Source: Pseudomonadota bacterium (GTDB lineage Bacteria > Pseudomonadota > Alphaproteobacteria > Rickettsiales > UBA6187). Taken from it: a DNA stretch of 64,000 nucleotides. The notes under the pieces are model-generated. The model searched no databases, had not been told where the DNA came from, and worked only from the letters and a program-made list of their open reading frames with translations. A program made the position numbers and the translations under genes. The stretch covers positions 32,504 through 96,503 of the forward strand of contig JAQCEY010000008.1 of the NCBI GenBank assembly GCA_027620075.1, written 5' to 3'. Positions 49,457 through 59,630 of the stretch are shown piece after piece. Every line of letters starts with the position of its first letter. Within the stretch, counting starts at the first letter, position 1.

Positions 49457-50170
49457 CTACAATACCTTGCCACAAGTAAAATACTGTGCCCCCATTGGTA
49501 TCGGAGCTAGTATTTTATCTAATAATCTGAATATATTTAAGTTAATTGGAACAAAAAGAATGTAATTGCTGCGTATTTGCTCATAACCACATTCTTTAAA
49601 TAAAGATTTCATTTTTCTGTTACTCAACAAGACCGCATTCTCATCAAGTGGGCATTTATTAACAATATGGCAAGTAACGGGATTTAATGGGTTATGTTCA
49701 AAAATTACTACCAAGCCACCCTTTTTGACAACTCGCTTCATTTCTTTTAAAAAATCCACCCACTGCACAGGCGGAACATGATGCATAACGCATATAGCAT
49801 AAGCCATATCAAAGCTACCGGAATCATATGGCAGCTTAATACCGTCATAACAGTCATAATTTACCAATGGGTTATTCTTTTTTGCAATCTCTATAACTTC
49901 ATCAGCCATATCAATTCCATTGAGTTTTATCCTTTCATTACTCAATAAGAACGGATGCATTAAGCCATGACCGCACCCAATGTCAAGCACGGCAAGCTCT
50001 TTAGATGAATCGAACTCTTTTTTTATTACGTTAAGAAGGTTATCGGCCTTTACTTTCGTAAAATAATCGTGAGACTGTCCGGTAAAAGAAATTGCCTCGC
50101 TTATCTGTTCGCTATAGTTATTTTTATAGGCGTTAAATTCTATATTATTTTTTTCATCAGGCTCATTCAT
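49457..50170 (-). CDS. Class I SAM-dependent methyltransferase
   Basis: 237 aa. VLDIGCGHG motif I, then a typical Methyltransf_11-like core (MAYAICVMHHVP). Confidence 0.8.
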   Translation of the reverse strand: MNEPDEKNNIEFNAYKNNYSEQISEAISFTGQSHDYFTKVKADNLLNVIKKEFDSSKELAVLDIGCGHGLMHPFLLSNERIKLNGIDMADEVIEIAKKNNPLVNYDCYDGIKLPYDSGSFDMAYAICVMHHVPPVQWVDFLKEMKRVVKKGGLVVIFEHNPLNPVTCHIVNKCPLDENAVLLSNRKMKSLFKECGYEQIRSNYILFVPINLNIFRLLDKILAPIPMGAQYFTCGKVL

Positions 50171-50291
50171 TGGTATCTAATTCTTTTTCATAACCGCAAT
50201 TGACAACTCCCACAGCACAACAATAAAACAAAAATGCTGTAGATAAAAGTCAAAAGAAATGATATTTATATTTAAAAAAAGTATTTAAAAA

Positions 50292-51377
50292 ATGTTAAAG
50301 TCAGTAAAATCAACTTACAAAGGTAAAAAGGTTCTGGTTACAGGTCATACCGGCTTTAAAGGAACGTGGCTTGTTTTGTGGTTAAAAAAACTTGGTGCTG
50401 AAGTTATAGGTTATGCCTTAGAACCTGAGGATATAAGGGGCAATTTATATAATATAGCTGACATTGAAGGTAAGGGGCTTTTAAAATCCTATATAAAGGA
50501 TATTCGTGATATTGATTCAGTTAATGAAGTCATTAAACAAAACAAGCCTGAAATAGTATTCCATCTTGCAGCACAACCAATTGTACGGAAATCATACTTC
50601 GACCCAATAGAAACTTTCGGCACTAACGTTATGGGAACGGCTAACTTGCTGGAAGCTATACGCAACATAGATAGCGTTAAGTCTGTTGTAGTTATAACAT
50701 CAGATAAATGCTACGAGAATATGGAACAAAGGCGGCCATATAAAGAAGATGATAAACTAGGAGGGCATGACCCCTACTCTTCAAGTAAAGCTTGTGCTGA
50801 ACTTGTTGTTTCTTCATATAGAAAATCATTCTTTTCCGATAAAACGCTACTGGCATCTGCAAGAGCCGGTAATGTTGTAGGGGGTGGAGACTTTGCACAA
50901 GATCGCCTTATACCCGACATTATAGAGTCTATTTCTAAAGGAGAGTCTGTTAACATAAGAAGCCCTAATGCTGTAAGACCTTGGCAACATGTTCTGGATG
51001 TATTGTGGGGATATTTAATTTTGGGTTCAAAGCTATATAACGATGACAAAAGCAGTGATTCAGCCTTCAACCTTTCGCCTGTTGATGAAAATTATGTTAA
51101 TGTTGAACAGCTCACGGCCAAAATTATAGGTTCCTATGGTGCGGGTAATTATAATATTGAAAATCAGGGTGACAAATTACATGAAATGCAAATGTTATAT
51201 CTTGATTCACAAAAAGCAATAAAAGAGCTTGGCTGGAAGCCATTACTTAATATTGACGATGTCATTGAATTCACATGCTCGTGGTATAAACAGCACATAA
51301 CAAATAGCACTGATATTTATGATTTTACTATTGAGCAAATAAACCAATATGAATCTATCATTAAAAATACAAACTGA
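50292..51377 (+). CDS. rfbG: CDP-glucose 4,6-dehydratase
   Basis: 361 aa. KKVLVTGHTGFKGTWL and YSSSKACAE (Y-x3-K) are typical of RfbG. Confidence 0.88.
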   Translation: MLKSVKSTYKGKKVLVTGHTGFKGTWLVLWLKKLGAEVIGYALEPEDIRGNLYNIADIEGKGLLKSYIKDIRDIDSVNEVIKQNKPEIVFHLAAQPIVRKSYFDPIETFGTNVMGTANLLEAIRNIDSVKSVVVITSDKCYENMEQRRPYKEDDKLGGHDPYSSSKACAELVVSSYRKSFFSDKTLLASARAGNVVGGGDFAQDRLIPDIIESISKGESVNIRSPNAVRPWQHVLDVLWGYLILGSKLYNDDKSSDSAFNLSPVDENYVNVEQLTAKIIGSYGAGNYNIENQGDKLHEMQMLYLDSQKAIKELGWKPLLNIDDVIEFTCSWYKQHITNSTDIYDFTIEQINQYESIIKNTN

Positions 51378-51381
51378 TATC

Positions 51382-53055
51382 CTATTCAATCACTAAAGGA
51401 TAGCTTGTTGGTTGTTTATTTACATTATCAAAAGCAATTATGTTAATTGCCTCATGGTCATTAGGAATAATAAGCCTGTATAAACTTTGCCCCATTTCAT
51501 ATCCCAAACTATCATATAAAAAATCAAACATATATTTTGCTGGCTGCCCCGCTCCAATTATATCGTTTTCTTTGTTAACTACCAACAAACACTCCCAAGG
51601 TTCACTAGCAGAACCATCAATTATTATCTCTTTATATTTAGGATTCCAGCTATCTTTATGATCCCACTTAATGTCTACTAAATGCCCCTTAACTTTCATA
51701 TCACTTGAATTTGCATCTATTGAAGATTTGCTATGTATAACTTGTTCACACATATTCCATTTAGATGGATTATATGGAATATTTTTATACTCATTCAGAA
51801 AAGCAACTGATTTTTCAGAAGTCTTTGCCATTTCATCTTTACTTAAACCACTAATAAAAAAATTATATGCAAAATCTTCTTCAATTGCTAATGAGTATCT
51901 GTTCAGGTCGTTTAATTCTTGCGAGTATCTATATAAATTAAAATAAGACACACCTTTATTGTAAGTTAAACTCATAGATGCAATAACAGCTGATATAATT
52001 AGTATTTTTGAGTTTATTGATTTATTTTTTATAAATAATATGAATGCAGATATTAATAACAAAGCAGGTAAAGATTGATACCTGCTATACTGAACATAGC
52101 TTGCTCCTCCAGTATCAATTCTGGCGAAACCAAATGCAATAATGCAAAATAAACAATATATTGCCACACCTATCCAAAAAAGCTGCACCTCCTTTTCACG
52201 AACGTCAGAACTATTATTTAAATTCAGAGAGATTTTGAACATAAAAAATAATATGCAAGAACCCAACAAAGCAGCAATAGCAGCATTTCCAGCCGAAATT
52301 CCTGACATGATTACACCAAAGAATATAACCGGAAAAATATTAGAAATATGCTCTGTAGGTGGATTTTCAAAAACATTGAAAACAAATAAGGCACAAACAG
52401 AAACTACTAACACCCCTAAAATAGCAATAATTAAAGTATACTTAAAAGGTGGGCGATACGCTAAAAAATAAACTAGGATTAATGCTGGCAATACCATTAT
52501 TCCTGTTGAATGGCTTGTAGCCGCTATGCCTCCAGACAAAATAAGTATCGGGAGATACAAAGTAGGCTTCTCTTTTCTATGATAAAAGCAGTAAAGTGTT
52601 AATACTGCCATAAGATTAGCAAGTATCCAATGTGTTCCGCTGTAACCATAACTAAAACTATCAATCGCAAGTGGCGTGAAGCTATAGAAAGTGATAAAAA
52701 CAAAACTAATGGCACGCTTGTAGCTACAATCAAGAGTTTCTCGAGCCATTTTATAAAGTAAAGCTATTTGTATAAGAACGAAGAATATTGTAATGTATTT
52801 TAATACAAAATCGTTCCCTGCAAAAAATTTAATATTTAGATAATAGATTATTTTAGGTAATAATTGCAGGTGATGGTTTTGAGTTTCAAATACCTTAACA
52901 GCTGAAATTTTATTATCGGCTCCTAAAGATATTTTTATTCCTTCCCAGTAATCATTAACCGGTATATTGCTTCCATAACTATTTATTTCATACAATATAA
53001 TTAAGAAAAATAGTGTTGCTAAAATATATAAGAAACTATTTAGTTTTTGGGACAT
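51382..53055 (-). CDS. Polytopic membrane protein, candidate GT-C-type glycosyltransferase or glycan polymerase
   Basis: 557 aa. About a dozen hydrophobic helices by eye, then a soluble C-terminal domain of roughly 170 aa. An acidic/aromatic first loop (PVNDYWEG) follows TM1. The functional call rests on context only. Confidence 0.4.
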   Translation of the reverse strand: MSQKLNSFLYILATLFFLIILYEINSYGSNIPVNDYWEGIKISLGADNKISAVKVFETQNHHLQLLPKIIYYLNIKFFAGNDFVLKYITIFFVLIQIALLYKMARETLDCSYKRAISFVFITFYSFTPLAIDSFSYGYSGTHWILANLMAVLTLYCFYHRKEKPTLYLPILILSGGIAATSHSTGIMVLPALILVYFLAYRPPFKYTLIIAILGVLVVSVCALFVFNVFENPPTEHISNIFPVIFFGVIMSGISAGNAAIAALLGSCILFFMFKISLNLNNSSDVREKEVQLFWIGVAIYCLFCIIAFGFARIDTGGASYVQYSRYQSLPALLLISAFILFIKNKSINSKILIISAVIASMSLTYNKGVSYFNLYRYSQELNDLNRYSLAIEEDFAYNFFISGLSKDEMAKTSEKSVAFLNEYKNIPYNPSKWNMCEQVIHSKSSIDANSSDMKVKGHLVDIKWDHKDSWNPKYKEIIIDGSASEPWECLLVVNKENDIIGAGQPAKYMFDFLYDSLGYEMGQSLYRLIIPNDHEAINIIAFDNVNKQPTSYPLVIE

Positions 53056-53286
53056 AATAAACTTTTCTTACTTAGTATTGCGTCAAGGTATTATTTTCTT
53101 ACGCAAGAATTATACTATTAAACGATAAGCTAAAAAAAATAAATAGATTTTTATAGACCCGCCCTGCCCTACTATATTAGTATCAGTGGACATTATCAAA
53201 GGTTTTTATTGTTAACAATAAAATTCAGCATGACAAAAATAACTAAATTCTAACGGTTCAACCATTAAACGTTCAGCTACGTTTTT

Positions 53287-54906
53287 TTAGTTATTGCCCG
53301 ACATGCTTTTAGCTATGGCTTCGGCTATTTTTATACCGTCAACACCGGCAGAAAGGATACCGCCTGCATAGCCCGCCCCCTCCCCTGCGGGAAATAAACC
53401 GAAAGTATTTAGGCTTTGTAAGTTCTCACCACGCTTTATCTTTATCGGTGAAGAGGTGCGTGTTTCAACACCTGTAAGTACAGCGTCTTCTTTGTCAAAC
53501 CCTTTTATCTTTCGTCCGAACTCAGGCAAGGACTCACGTATAGCCTCTATTGCGTAATCAGGCATACAAGTTGAAAGGTCTGTCGGTTTTACACCCGGTT
53601 TGTATGACGGGACAACCTCACCCAAAGATGTCGAAGGACGACCTGCGATAAAATCACCCACAAGCTGTGCGGGGGCTTTATAATTTTCTCCCCCTGCGAT
53701 AAATGCAGCCGATTCCCATTTTCGTTGAAAATCAATACCTGCCAGAGGGTCACCCGGATAATCTTCAGGAGTAATGCCTACAACTATGCCGGCATTGGCA
53801 TTGCGTTCGGCACGGGAATATTGGCTCATGCCGTTTGTTACCACCCTTTTTTCCTCCGAGGTTGCAGCAACAACCGTACCTCCCGGACACATACAGAAGC
53901 TATAGACCGAGCGACCGTTTTTTGCGTGATGCACTAGTTTATAATCTGCCGCACCAAGTATCTTGTTACCGGCAAAATCTCCAAAACGAGCCTTATCTAT
54001 AATAGATTGCGGATGCTCTACGCGAAATCCTATTGAAAAAGGTTTTGCCTCTATATAAACACCACGGTCATACAACATACGGAAAGTATCTCGTGAGCTA
54101 TGACCTATTGCCAGTACGACATGACTTGACGCAATATGCCTTCCGTCCTCCAGCATAACACCACGCACATAACGTGAGCCGTCATTTTTAGTTTCAATTT
54201 CTATATCAGTGACTTTTGATGTAAAATGATATTCTCCACCCAGTGATTCAATAGTACGACGGATATTTTCAACCATTTTAACCAGACGAAAAGTCCCTAT
54301 ATGTGGGTGTGCATCAGTCAGTATCTCAGCTGGTGCTTCGGCTTTTACGAACTCTACCAACACCTTACGCCCCAAATGACGGTTATCCTTTATTTGGCTG
54401 TATAGCTTACCGTCGGAAAATGTCCCTGCTCCGCCTTCACCGAACTGTACGTTTGATTCGGTTGTCAAAACCGATTGCCGCCATAGCCGCCAAGTATCCT
54501 TTGTCCTTTCCCTTACAACCTTGCCACGCTCAAATATTATGGGACGAAAACCCATTTGTGCCAGCACTAGAGCTGCCATCAGTCCGCACGGTCCGGCACC
54601 TATCACAATGGGGCGTTCCGTTAAATTTTCAGGTGCATGGGCAACGAATTTATATTCAGTATCAGGAGTAGGTTTTACATTATTATCCTTTGCAAAACGC
54701 TTTAATATGGCAGCTTCGTCCTTTAATTCTATATCAAGCGTGTAAACTAACGATATTGCAGATTTTTTTCTTGCGTCATGTGAGCGGCGAAAGACCTCGC
54801 AAGAAATAAGATTTTGTTCGCTTATACCAAGATATTTAACAACCGAATCTTTTATAGCTTCGGGACGATGGTCAAGCGGCAGCTTTATTTCAGTGATTCG
54901 AAGCAT
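53287..54906 (-). CDS. FAD-dependent dehydrogenase of the COG2509 family
   Basis: 539 aa. N-terminal MLRITEIKLPLDH...FRRSHDARKK and IVIGAGPCGLMAAL dinucleotide motif. Confidence 0.75.
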   Translation of the reverse strand: MLRITEIKLPLDHRPEAIKDSVVKYLGISEQNLISCEVFRRSHDARKKSAISLVYTLDIELKDEAAILKRFAKDNNVKPTPDTEYKFVAHAPENLTERPIVIGAGPCGLMAALVLAQMGFRPIIFERGKVVRERTKDTWRLWRQSVLTTESNVQFGEGGAGTFSDGKLYSQIKDNRHLGRKVLVEFVKAEAPAEILTDAHPHIGTFRLVKMVENIRRTIESLGGEYHFTSKVTDIEIETKNDGSRYVRGVMLEDGRHIASSHVVLAIGHSSRDTFRMLYDRGVYIEAKPFSIGFRVEHPQSIIDKARFGDFAGNKILGAADYKLVHHAKNGRSVYSFCMCPGGTVVAATSEEKRVVTNGMSQYSRAERNANAGIVVGITPEDYPGDPLAGIDFQRKWESAAFIAGGENYKAPAQLVGDFIAGRPSTSLGEVVPSYKPGVKPTDLSTCMPDYAIEAIRESLPEFGRKIKGFDKEDAVLTGVETRTSSPIKIKRGENLQSLNTFGLFPAGEGAGYAGGILSAGVDGIKIAEAIAKSMSGNN

Positions 54907-55044
54907 AGAATTACGGTTAAAATCTTTTAATTAAAAGTGTCTGTAAAATAGTTAATCTGATTGTTTTTGCAACACAAAAATAAAGAGTGTTCGATGAACA
55001 ATAAGTATTCCTAACCGCTAAATTAGTAGTTATAATACCACCTT

Positions 55045-55157
55045 TATAGTATTTTTACTTTTCAATAGTTAGAATTGTCATCCCCGACTTGTTCGGGGAT
55101 CTCTATAAATTTAAATGAGATCCCCCTATAATTTTCTACGAAAATTCGGTGGATGAC
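55045..55157 (-). repeat. Palindromic multi-hairpin intergenic repeat, subfamily 2 (copy D, inverted relative to copy C)
   Basis: 55077..55157 reads gtcatccccgacttgttcggggatctctataaatttaaatgagatccccctataattttctacgaaaattcggtggatgac, with gtcatcc/ggatgac termini. The flanking tail 55045..55076 is also shared with copy C. Confidence 0.85.
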
Positions 55158-55213
55158 AAACTATGGTACGGAAGTTATTTTTAATCACTATAGGTTAACC
55201 CTAGTCTAATACC

Positions 55214-56524
55214 TTACTTTAAACCATTTATCAATTCACGTAACTCATCGGACGGCTTAACGTTAACATCACGCTGCGGGAAAGGAATGTCAATTTTATT
55301 TTCTTTAAATGCGTCCCATATGCCGAGCAAAAGGTCACTTCTTATGTTCATTACTCCCTCAATAGGGTCGCATATCCATATACGCAATTCAAGCTGTACG
55401 GAAGAATCCCCGAATGCTATAACCCTGCAAACCGGTGCGGGGTCGTCCAAAACCCTCTTATGCTGCTTTGCGACATCCACTATTAGCTCTATAGCTTTGC
55501 GTAAGTCCGCATTATACGAAATGCCTATAGGAATCTTTTGCCTTACATTGCTGCTACTATATGACCAGTTAGTTACCGTTTCGGTAATCAGGTGTTCATT
55601 TGGGACAAGATATTCTACACCGTCCCTTGTTATTATCGAAACACATCTTGTTCCCAATGAGTTTACCCAGCCGAACGTATTATCTATCTGTATTACATCA
55701 CCGGGTTTTATTGAACGGTCTAGTAAAAGTATAAAGCCACTGAACAGATTAGAAATAACTTTTTGTAAACCGAACCCCACACCAAGACCTAACGCACCGC
55801 CAAATACCGCCAATGCCGTCAAGTCTATTCCCATGCTATTCAAGCCTATCATAAAGGCCAGTGTTAAAAGGAACACCTTACTCACCTTTTTGACCAGAAC
55901 ACGGGCAGAAGGTGTTAAATTAGTAACATGTTCAATTCTGGAGTCCAGTAGTTTTGAAAGTTTTCCGGCTCCATATATTAAGATGATAAGGGTTAAAACC
56001 CCTGTTACTATTGAGAAAACATTAACTTTAACACTGCCTACCGAAAACTCGATAGCATTTAAAGTGGCAGTAGTGCTATCTAGTATTCCGACAATGCTAA
56101 GTGCGGCAATTGCCCAGACTATAAAAGAAAAGAACCTTGTAAAAGCCGAGTTACCGCTTACCAGAAGCACTAAACTAATTAACACCCATGCACTGAAAAG
56201 CTTTGTAGTTATAAGTATCAAAGAGACAGGGTGGTTTAACGATACCATAAATAACAACGATAAGAGCTGGAAAACCAATATAGTGAACAAGGTAAGTCGA
56301 TATTTAACCTGTTTTTCACCTAACCTTCTGATATAGTGGGTGGCGGTAAGGTTTTCATAATATTTTGAGAAATAGCCGTGTAATGGTCTGACAGCCCTTA
56401 GACCTATCAATATAGAAGCAATTACAATACTTAGTTGCACAAAAAATGAAGATATAAAGACGGTTTCACGTAACCATAAGAGAACCTCACCCCAGTGTTC
56501 GTAAAACATCTCTTTCATATCCAT
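55214..56524 (-). CDS. Mechanosensitive ion channel family protein (MscS family)
   Basis: 436 aa. Several N-terminal TM helices, then the MscS core GDVIQIDNTFGWVNSLGTRCVSIITRDGVEYLVPN. Confidence 0.88.
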   Translation of the reverse strand: MDMKEMFYEHWGEVLLWLRETVFISSFFVQLSIVIASILIGLRAVRPLHGYFSKYYENLTATHYIRRLGEKQVKYRLTLFTILVFQLLSLLFMVSLNHPVSLILITTKLFSAWVLISLVLLVSGNSAFTRFFSFIVWAIAALSIVGILDSTTATLNAIEFSVGSVKVNVFSIVTGVLTLIILIYGAGKLSKLLDSRIEHVTNLTPSARVLVKKVSKVFLLTLAFMIGLNSMGIDLTALAVFGGALGLGVGFGLQKVISNLFSGFILLLDRSIKPGDVIQIDNTFGWVNSLGTRCVSIITRDGVEYLVPNEHLITETVTNWSYSSSNVRQKIPIGISYNADLRKAIELIVDVAKQHKRVLDDPAPVCRVIAFGDSSVQLELRIWICDPIEGVMNIRSDLLLGIWDAFKENKIDIPFPQRDVNVKPSDELRELINGLK

Positions 56525-56671
56525 CTAAAAAACTCCTCACCATATGGCTTGATAAATATTTTTTTCGAGAGTTCAACTTATCAGTTCCCGTATTTTTTTA
56601 CAGTTATTTCTTTCCTTCTTTTTATAATCATATAGAACGATGAACAGAAATATAATAATGAATATATAATA

Positions 56672-57868
56672 ATGCAGCCGATTAACAAAGAATATGATGT
56701 AATAATAGTCGGAGCCGGTGCAGCCGGTTTAATCTGTGCTGTTGAAGCGGGTAAAAGGAAGCTGAAAGTCCTGCTTATAGAACAGGCAAAGTCGGTCGGT
56801 AATAAGATACGCATCTCCGGTGGAGGCAGATGTAACTTTACTAACATTAACGCAAGTCCGGCTAATTATATTTCAAAAAATCAAAGATTTTGCATATCGG
56901 CACTAAAAAGCTATACTCAGCATGACTTTATTGCATTAGTCGAAAAGCACGGTATCAAATATCACGAAAAAACCCTCGGACAGCTTTTTTGCGATACATC
57001 GTCAAAGCAGATAATTGATATGTTGCTTAGCGAATGTAACAATGCAGGTGTAAATATCCTTCTTAATAATTGCGTTAATGACATTAGAAATGACATTAGA
57101 AAAGAAAATGATAAGTTTCAAATAAAGCTGAAAGACGGCTATATTTATAGCTGCCGCTCATTGGTTATAGCAACAGGAGGACCTTCTATACCCAAAATGG
57201 GTTCTAGTACTTGGGGACATAAAGTTGCCGAAAAGTTCGGTCATTCGATTGTTGAATTAAGAGCAGGTTTAGTCCCGTTTTTAATAAATGACGAAGAGCT
57301 TAAAAAGCTGGCAGGAGTGTCTGTAGAGGTTATAGCAGCATGCAATAATGTTCAATTTAAGGAGGCAATGCTTTTTACCCATCGTGGTCTTAGCGGTCCT
57401 GCTATTTTGCAGATATCATCATACCGGAATCAGGGTGAAAGAATTATTTTAAATCTTTACCCTAATGCCGACCTTTTTGAACAGCTAAAAACATGGCGTG
57501 ATATATCGCCAAAGCAGGATATAAACAACTGCCTTGGTAAAATATTACCCAAACGTGTTGTTCAGTATATCTGCACGGCAAACAATTACAAAGGTAACTT
57601 AGCAGAGTTACCCAATAAAACACTAAAACAAATTTCAGATTCCATACAAAAATGGGAGATAATTCCCGATGGAACGGAAGGTTATAGAACTGCCGAGGTA
57701 ACTATTGGCGGTGTTAACACTGATGAACTGTCCTCTAAAACTATGGAGTCAAAAAAAGTAAGCGGACTATATTTTATAGGCGAAGTTGTAGATGTAACGG
57801 GACATCTTGGAGGATATAATTTCCAGTGGGCATGGTCATCGGGATACGTAGCCGGACAATATGTTTAA
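56672..57868 (+). CDS. HI0933/BaiN-like flavoprotein (aminoacetone-oxidase family)
   Basis: 398 aa. YDVIIVGAGAAGL and ISGGGRCNFTN motifs, with C-terminal GEVVDVTGHLGGYNFQWAWSSG. Confidence 0.85.
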   Translation: MQPINKEYDVIIVGAGAAGLICAVEAGKRKLKVLLIEQAKSVGNKIRISGGGRCNFTNINASPANYISKNQRFCISALKSYTQHDFIALVEKHGIKYHEKTLGQLFCDTSSKQIIDMLLSECNNAGVNILLNNCVNDIRNDIRKENDKFQIKLKDGYIYSCRSLVIATGGPSIPKMGSSTWGHKVAEKFGHSIVELRAGLVPFLINDEELKKLAGVSVEVIAACNNVQFKEAMLFTHRGLSGPAILQISSYRNQGERIILNLYPNADLFEQLKTWRDISPKQDINNCLGKILPKRVVQYICTANNYKGNLAELPNKTLKQISDSIQKWEIIPDGTEGYRTAEVTIGGVNTDELSSKTMESKKVSGLYFIGEVVDVTGHLGGYNFQWAWSSGYVAGQYV

Positions 57869-57948
57869 CACTATCGTAAATTTGAATTTATAATAACGTA
57901 ATTTTACGTTTAATAAATTAACCTTACAATTACATATGCTAACCTCAT

Positions 57949-57982
57949 AAAAAAAGACCTTCAATTAATGAAGGTCTTTTTT
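57949..57982. terminator. Bidirectional rho-independent terminator between convergent genes
   Basis: aaaaaaa-gaccttca-attaa-tgaaggtc-tttttt: a perfect 8-bp stem flanked by an A-run and a T-run. Confidence 0.8.
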
Positions 57983-58009
57983 AGTATTTTCACCAATAAT
58001 ACTTTCGCA

Positions 58010-58630
58010 TTATCTGGTTTGCTCGGTTTGAGTAAAAACCTTTATTTCCGTTCTACGGTTTTGAGGCTCTTTAATTCCATCATTAGTAGGAACCAAAGGC
58101 TCGCTCTCACCTTTCCAGTTAACTTTAATGTTACCGGCTGATAAACCGTAAGATACTAATTTATCTTTAACAGCTAAGGCACGTTTTTCCGATAAAGCCA
58201 TGTTGTAAGCATCAGAGCCTGAACGGTCGGCGTGACCTGTTAACTCGATGTCAGCCTTGCTACTTCCTCTGATAGCTTTATATAAATCGCCCAATACTTC
58301 GTTAGCAGTACCGTTTATATTTGATTTATTGAAATCAAAGAAAACGATGTAAGAACGCTTATCGCTTACAGTGTAAGTCTTAGGAGCCGGCTGTTTTTTC
58401 AACGTAGATACTATCTTCTTTTGTGGTTCAGGAACCGATGCAGCCTCAGGAGCGGCACAAAGATCGGAATCACTCTGCCATTTTGTTAAAACACACTCAC
58501 CCGATACAATTGAAGTTATCGGTCTGCCGAACTTGTCAACAACAACTTTTTGGTCAGATCCATCAGCAAACGTAGGTACGGCCGATAAACTTGCTATAGA
58601 AAAAATAGCACTAACAATAAACTTTTTCAT
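58010..58630 (-). CDS. OmpA-family periplasmic/outer-membrane protein
   Basis: 206 aa. Signal peptide. C-terminal OmpA domain (IELTGHADRSGSDAYNMALSEKRALAVKDKL..NRRTEI). Confidence 0.85.
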   Translation of the reverse strand: MKKFIVSAIFSIASLSAVPTFADGSDQKVVVDKFGRPITSIVSGECVLTKWQSDSDLCAAPEAASVPEPQKKIVSTLKKQPAPKTYTVSDKRSYIVFFDFNKSNINGTANEVLGDLYKAIRGSSKADIELTGHADRSGSDAYNMALSEKRALAVKDKLVSYGLSAGNIKVNWKGESEPLVPTNDGIKEPQNRRTEIKVFTQTEQTR

Positions 58631-58970
58631 TTATAAAAACCCTGATTTGTAATTAGTTTTAAACTTGAGTTCGCAATATATACAACTTGATACTAAAAAT
58701 AAACCATTAATTATTATCTACAACCCGTTATGTAACAAATTACCTTCCTTTTTCTTAAAATAATCTATATGTATGGCAAAAACCACACAAACAACAACTC
58801 GCAAATACAACCTCTAACTATACTTTGTAAGCGACATTGAAATTAATAGTTGCAAGTAACGCACTGAAAAAAATAACTTTATTTACAAGATTAACTATTT
58901 TTTAATACTTTTGTAATAATAATATTACTTAGGGCGTTTACTAAAGTATATTATACGCAAGGGGGATAAT

Positions 58971-59567
58971 ATGAACACAACTAACTTCGTAAGGGTATTT
59001 ATTACACTTCTTATTTTCAATACATCAATCCTTACAAACGCAAATGCATCAACGGAAGGGGCGAGGCAATTTATAAAAGAAGTTAGCAGCAAAGCCATTG
59101 AATTAATAAAAAGTAACGATACGAACGAATTAATCAAGGAGCAGCAACTATCCAAATTATTTGAAGATTCCGTTGATACGGATTGGATATCGAAATTTGT
59201 AATAGGCAAATACTGGAGAGATGCAAGCGAGGCACAAAAAACCATTTACTTAGAATTACATAGGCAATTTTTATTAAATAGCTACGTTCCTAAATTTAAA
59301 AACTATACTAATCAACAAATCTTGTTTAAAAACACTTTCGATGAAGGAAGTAACGAATTTCTTGTGGAAACGGAAATAGTACAAGAAGACGGAACTGCCG
59401 TTAAAGTTGACTATAGAGTCAGAAAAATTGAAAACGGTGAATACAAAATTTTCGACGTTATTGCTGAAGGTGTTAGTTTAATAAATACGCAAAGATCCGA
59501 ATTTGCATCTATACTTTCCCGCAAAGGGGTTGATTATTTAATCAAAACGCTGAAGGCTAAAGTATAA
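58971..59567 (+). CDS. mlaC: Phospholipid-binding protein MlaC/Ttg2D family
   Basis: 198 aa. Signal peptide. FDFxxISKFVIGKYWR-like block (VDTDWISKFVIGKYWRDAS). GGGGGA Shine-Dalgarno-like sequence upstream. Confidence 0.8.
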   Translation: MNTTNFVRVFITLLIFNTSILTNANASTEGARQFIKEVSSKAIELIKSNDTNELIKEQQLSKLFEDSVDTDWISKFVIGKYWRDASEAQKTIYLELHRQFLLNSYVPKFKNYTNQQILFKNTFDEGSNEFLVETEIVQEDGTAVKVDYRVRKIENGEYKIFDVIAEGVSLINTQRSEFASILSRKGVDYLIKTLKAKV

Positions 59568-59597
59568 CTGCAATGCCCACTTAGTTCAGAGGGGGGG

Positions 59598-59630
59598 GGC
59601 TCTCTTTTATAAGGGAGCCTTTATTTTTTT
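59598..59630 (+). terminator. Candidate rho-independent terminator after mlaC
   Basis: ggctctc-ttttataa-gggagcc (7-bp stem, one mismatch) followed by tttattttttt. The T-run runs into the recF stop region. Confidence 0.55.

Noticed and set aside
53200-53245. aaattcagcatgacaaaaat, resembling the terminal ggcatgacaaaaat / cggtggatgacaaa ends of the palindromic repeats
   Set aside because: Only about 14 nt of similarity and no partner arm. At best it is a decayed half-site, and I cannot support it as a feature.
55287-56336. 349-aa ORF on the plus strand
   Set aside because: It lies entirely antisense to the well-supported MscS-family gene. Its translation is low-complexity (S/T/P/I-rich) with no motif, which is the typical shadow ORF of an AT-rich coding region.
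59591-59599. G9 homopolymer as a phase-variation switch
   Set aside because: It lies between the 3' ends of convergent mlaC and recF, not in a promoter or coding region. It more likely forms part of the terminator region.
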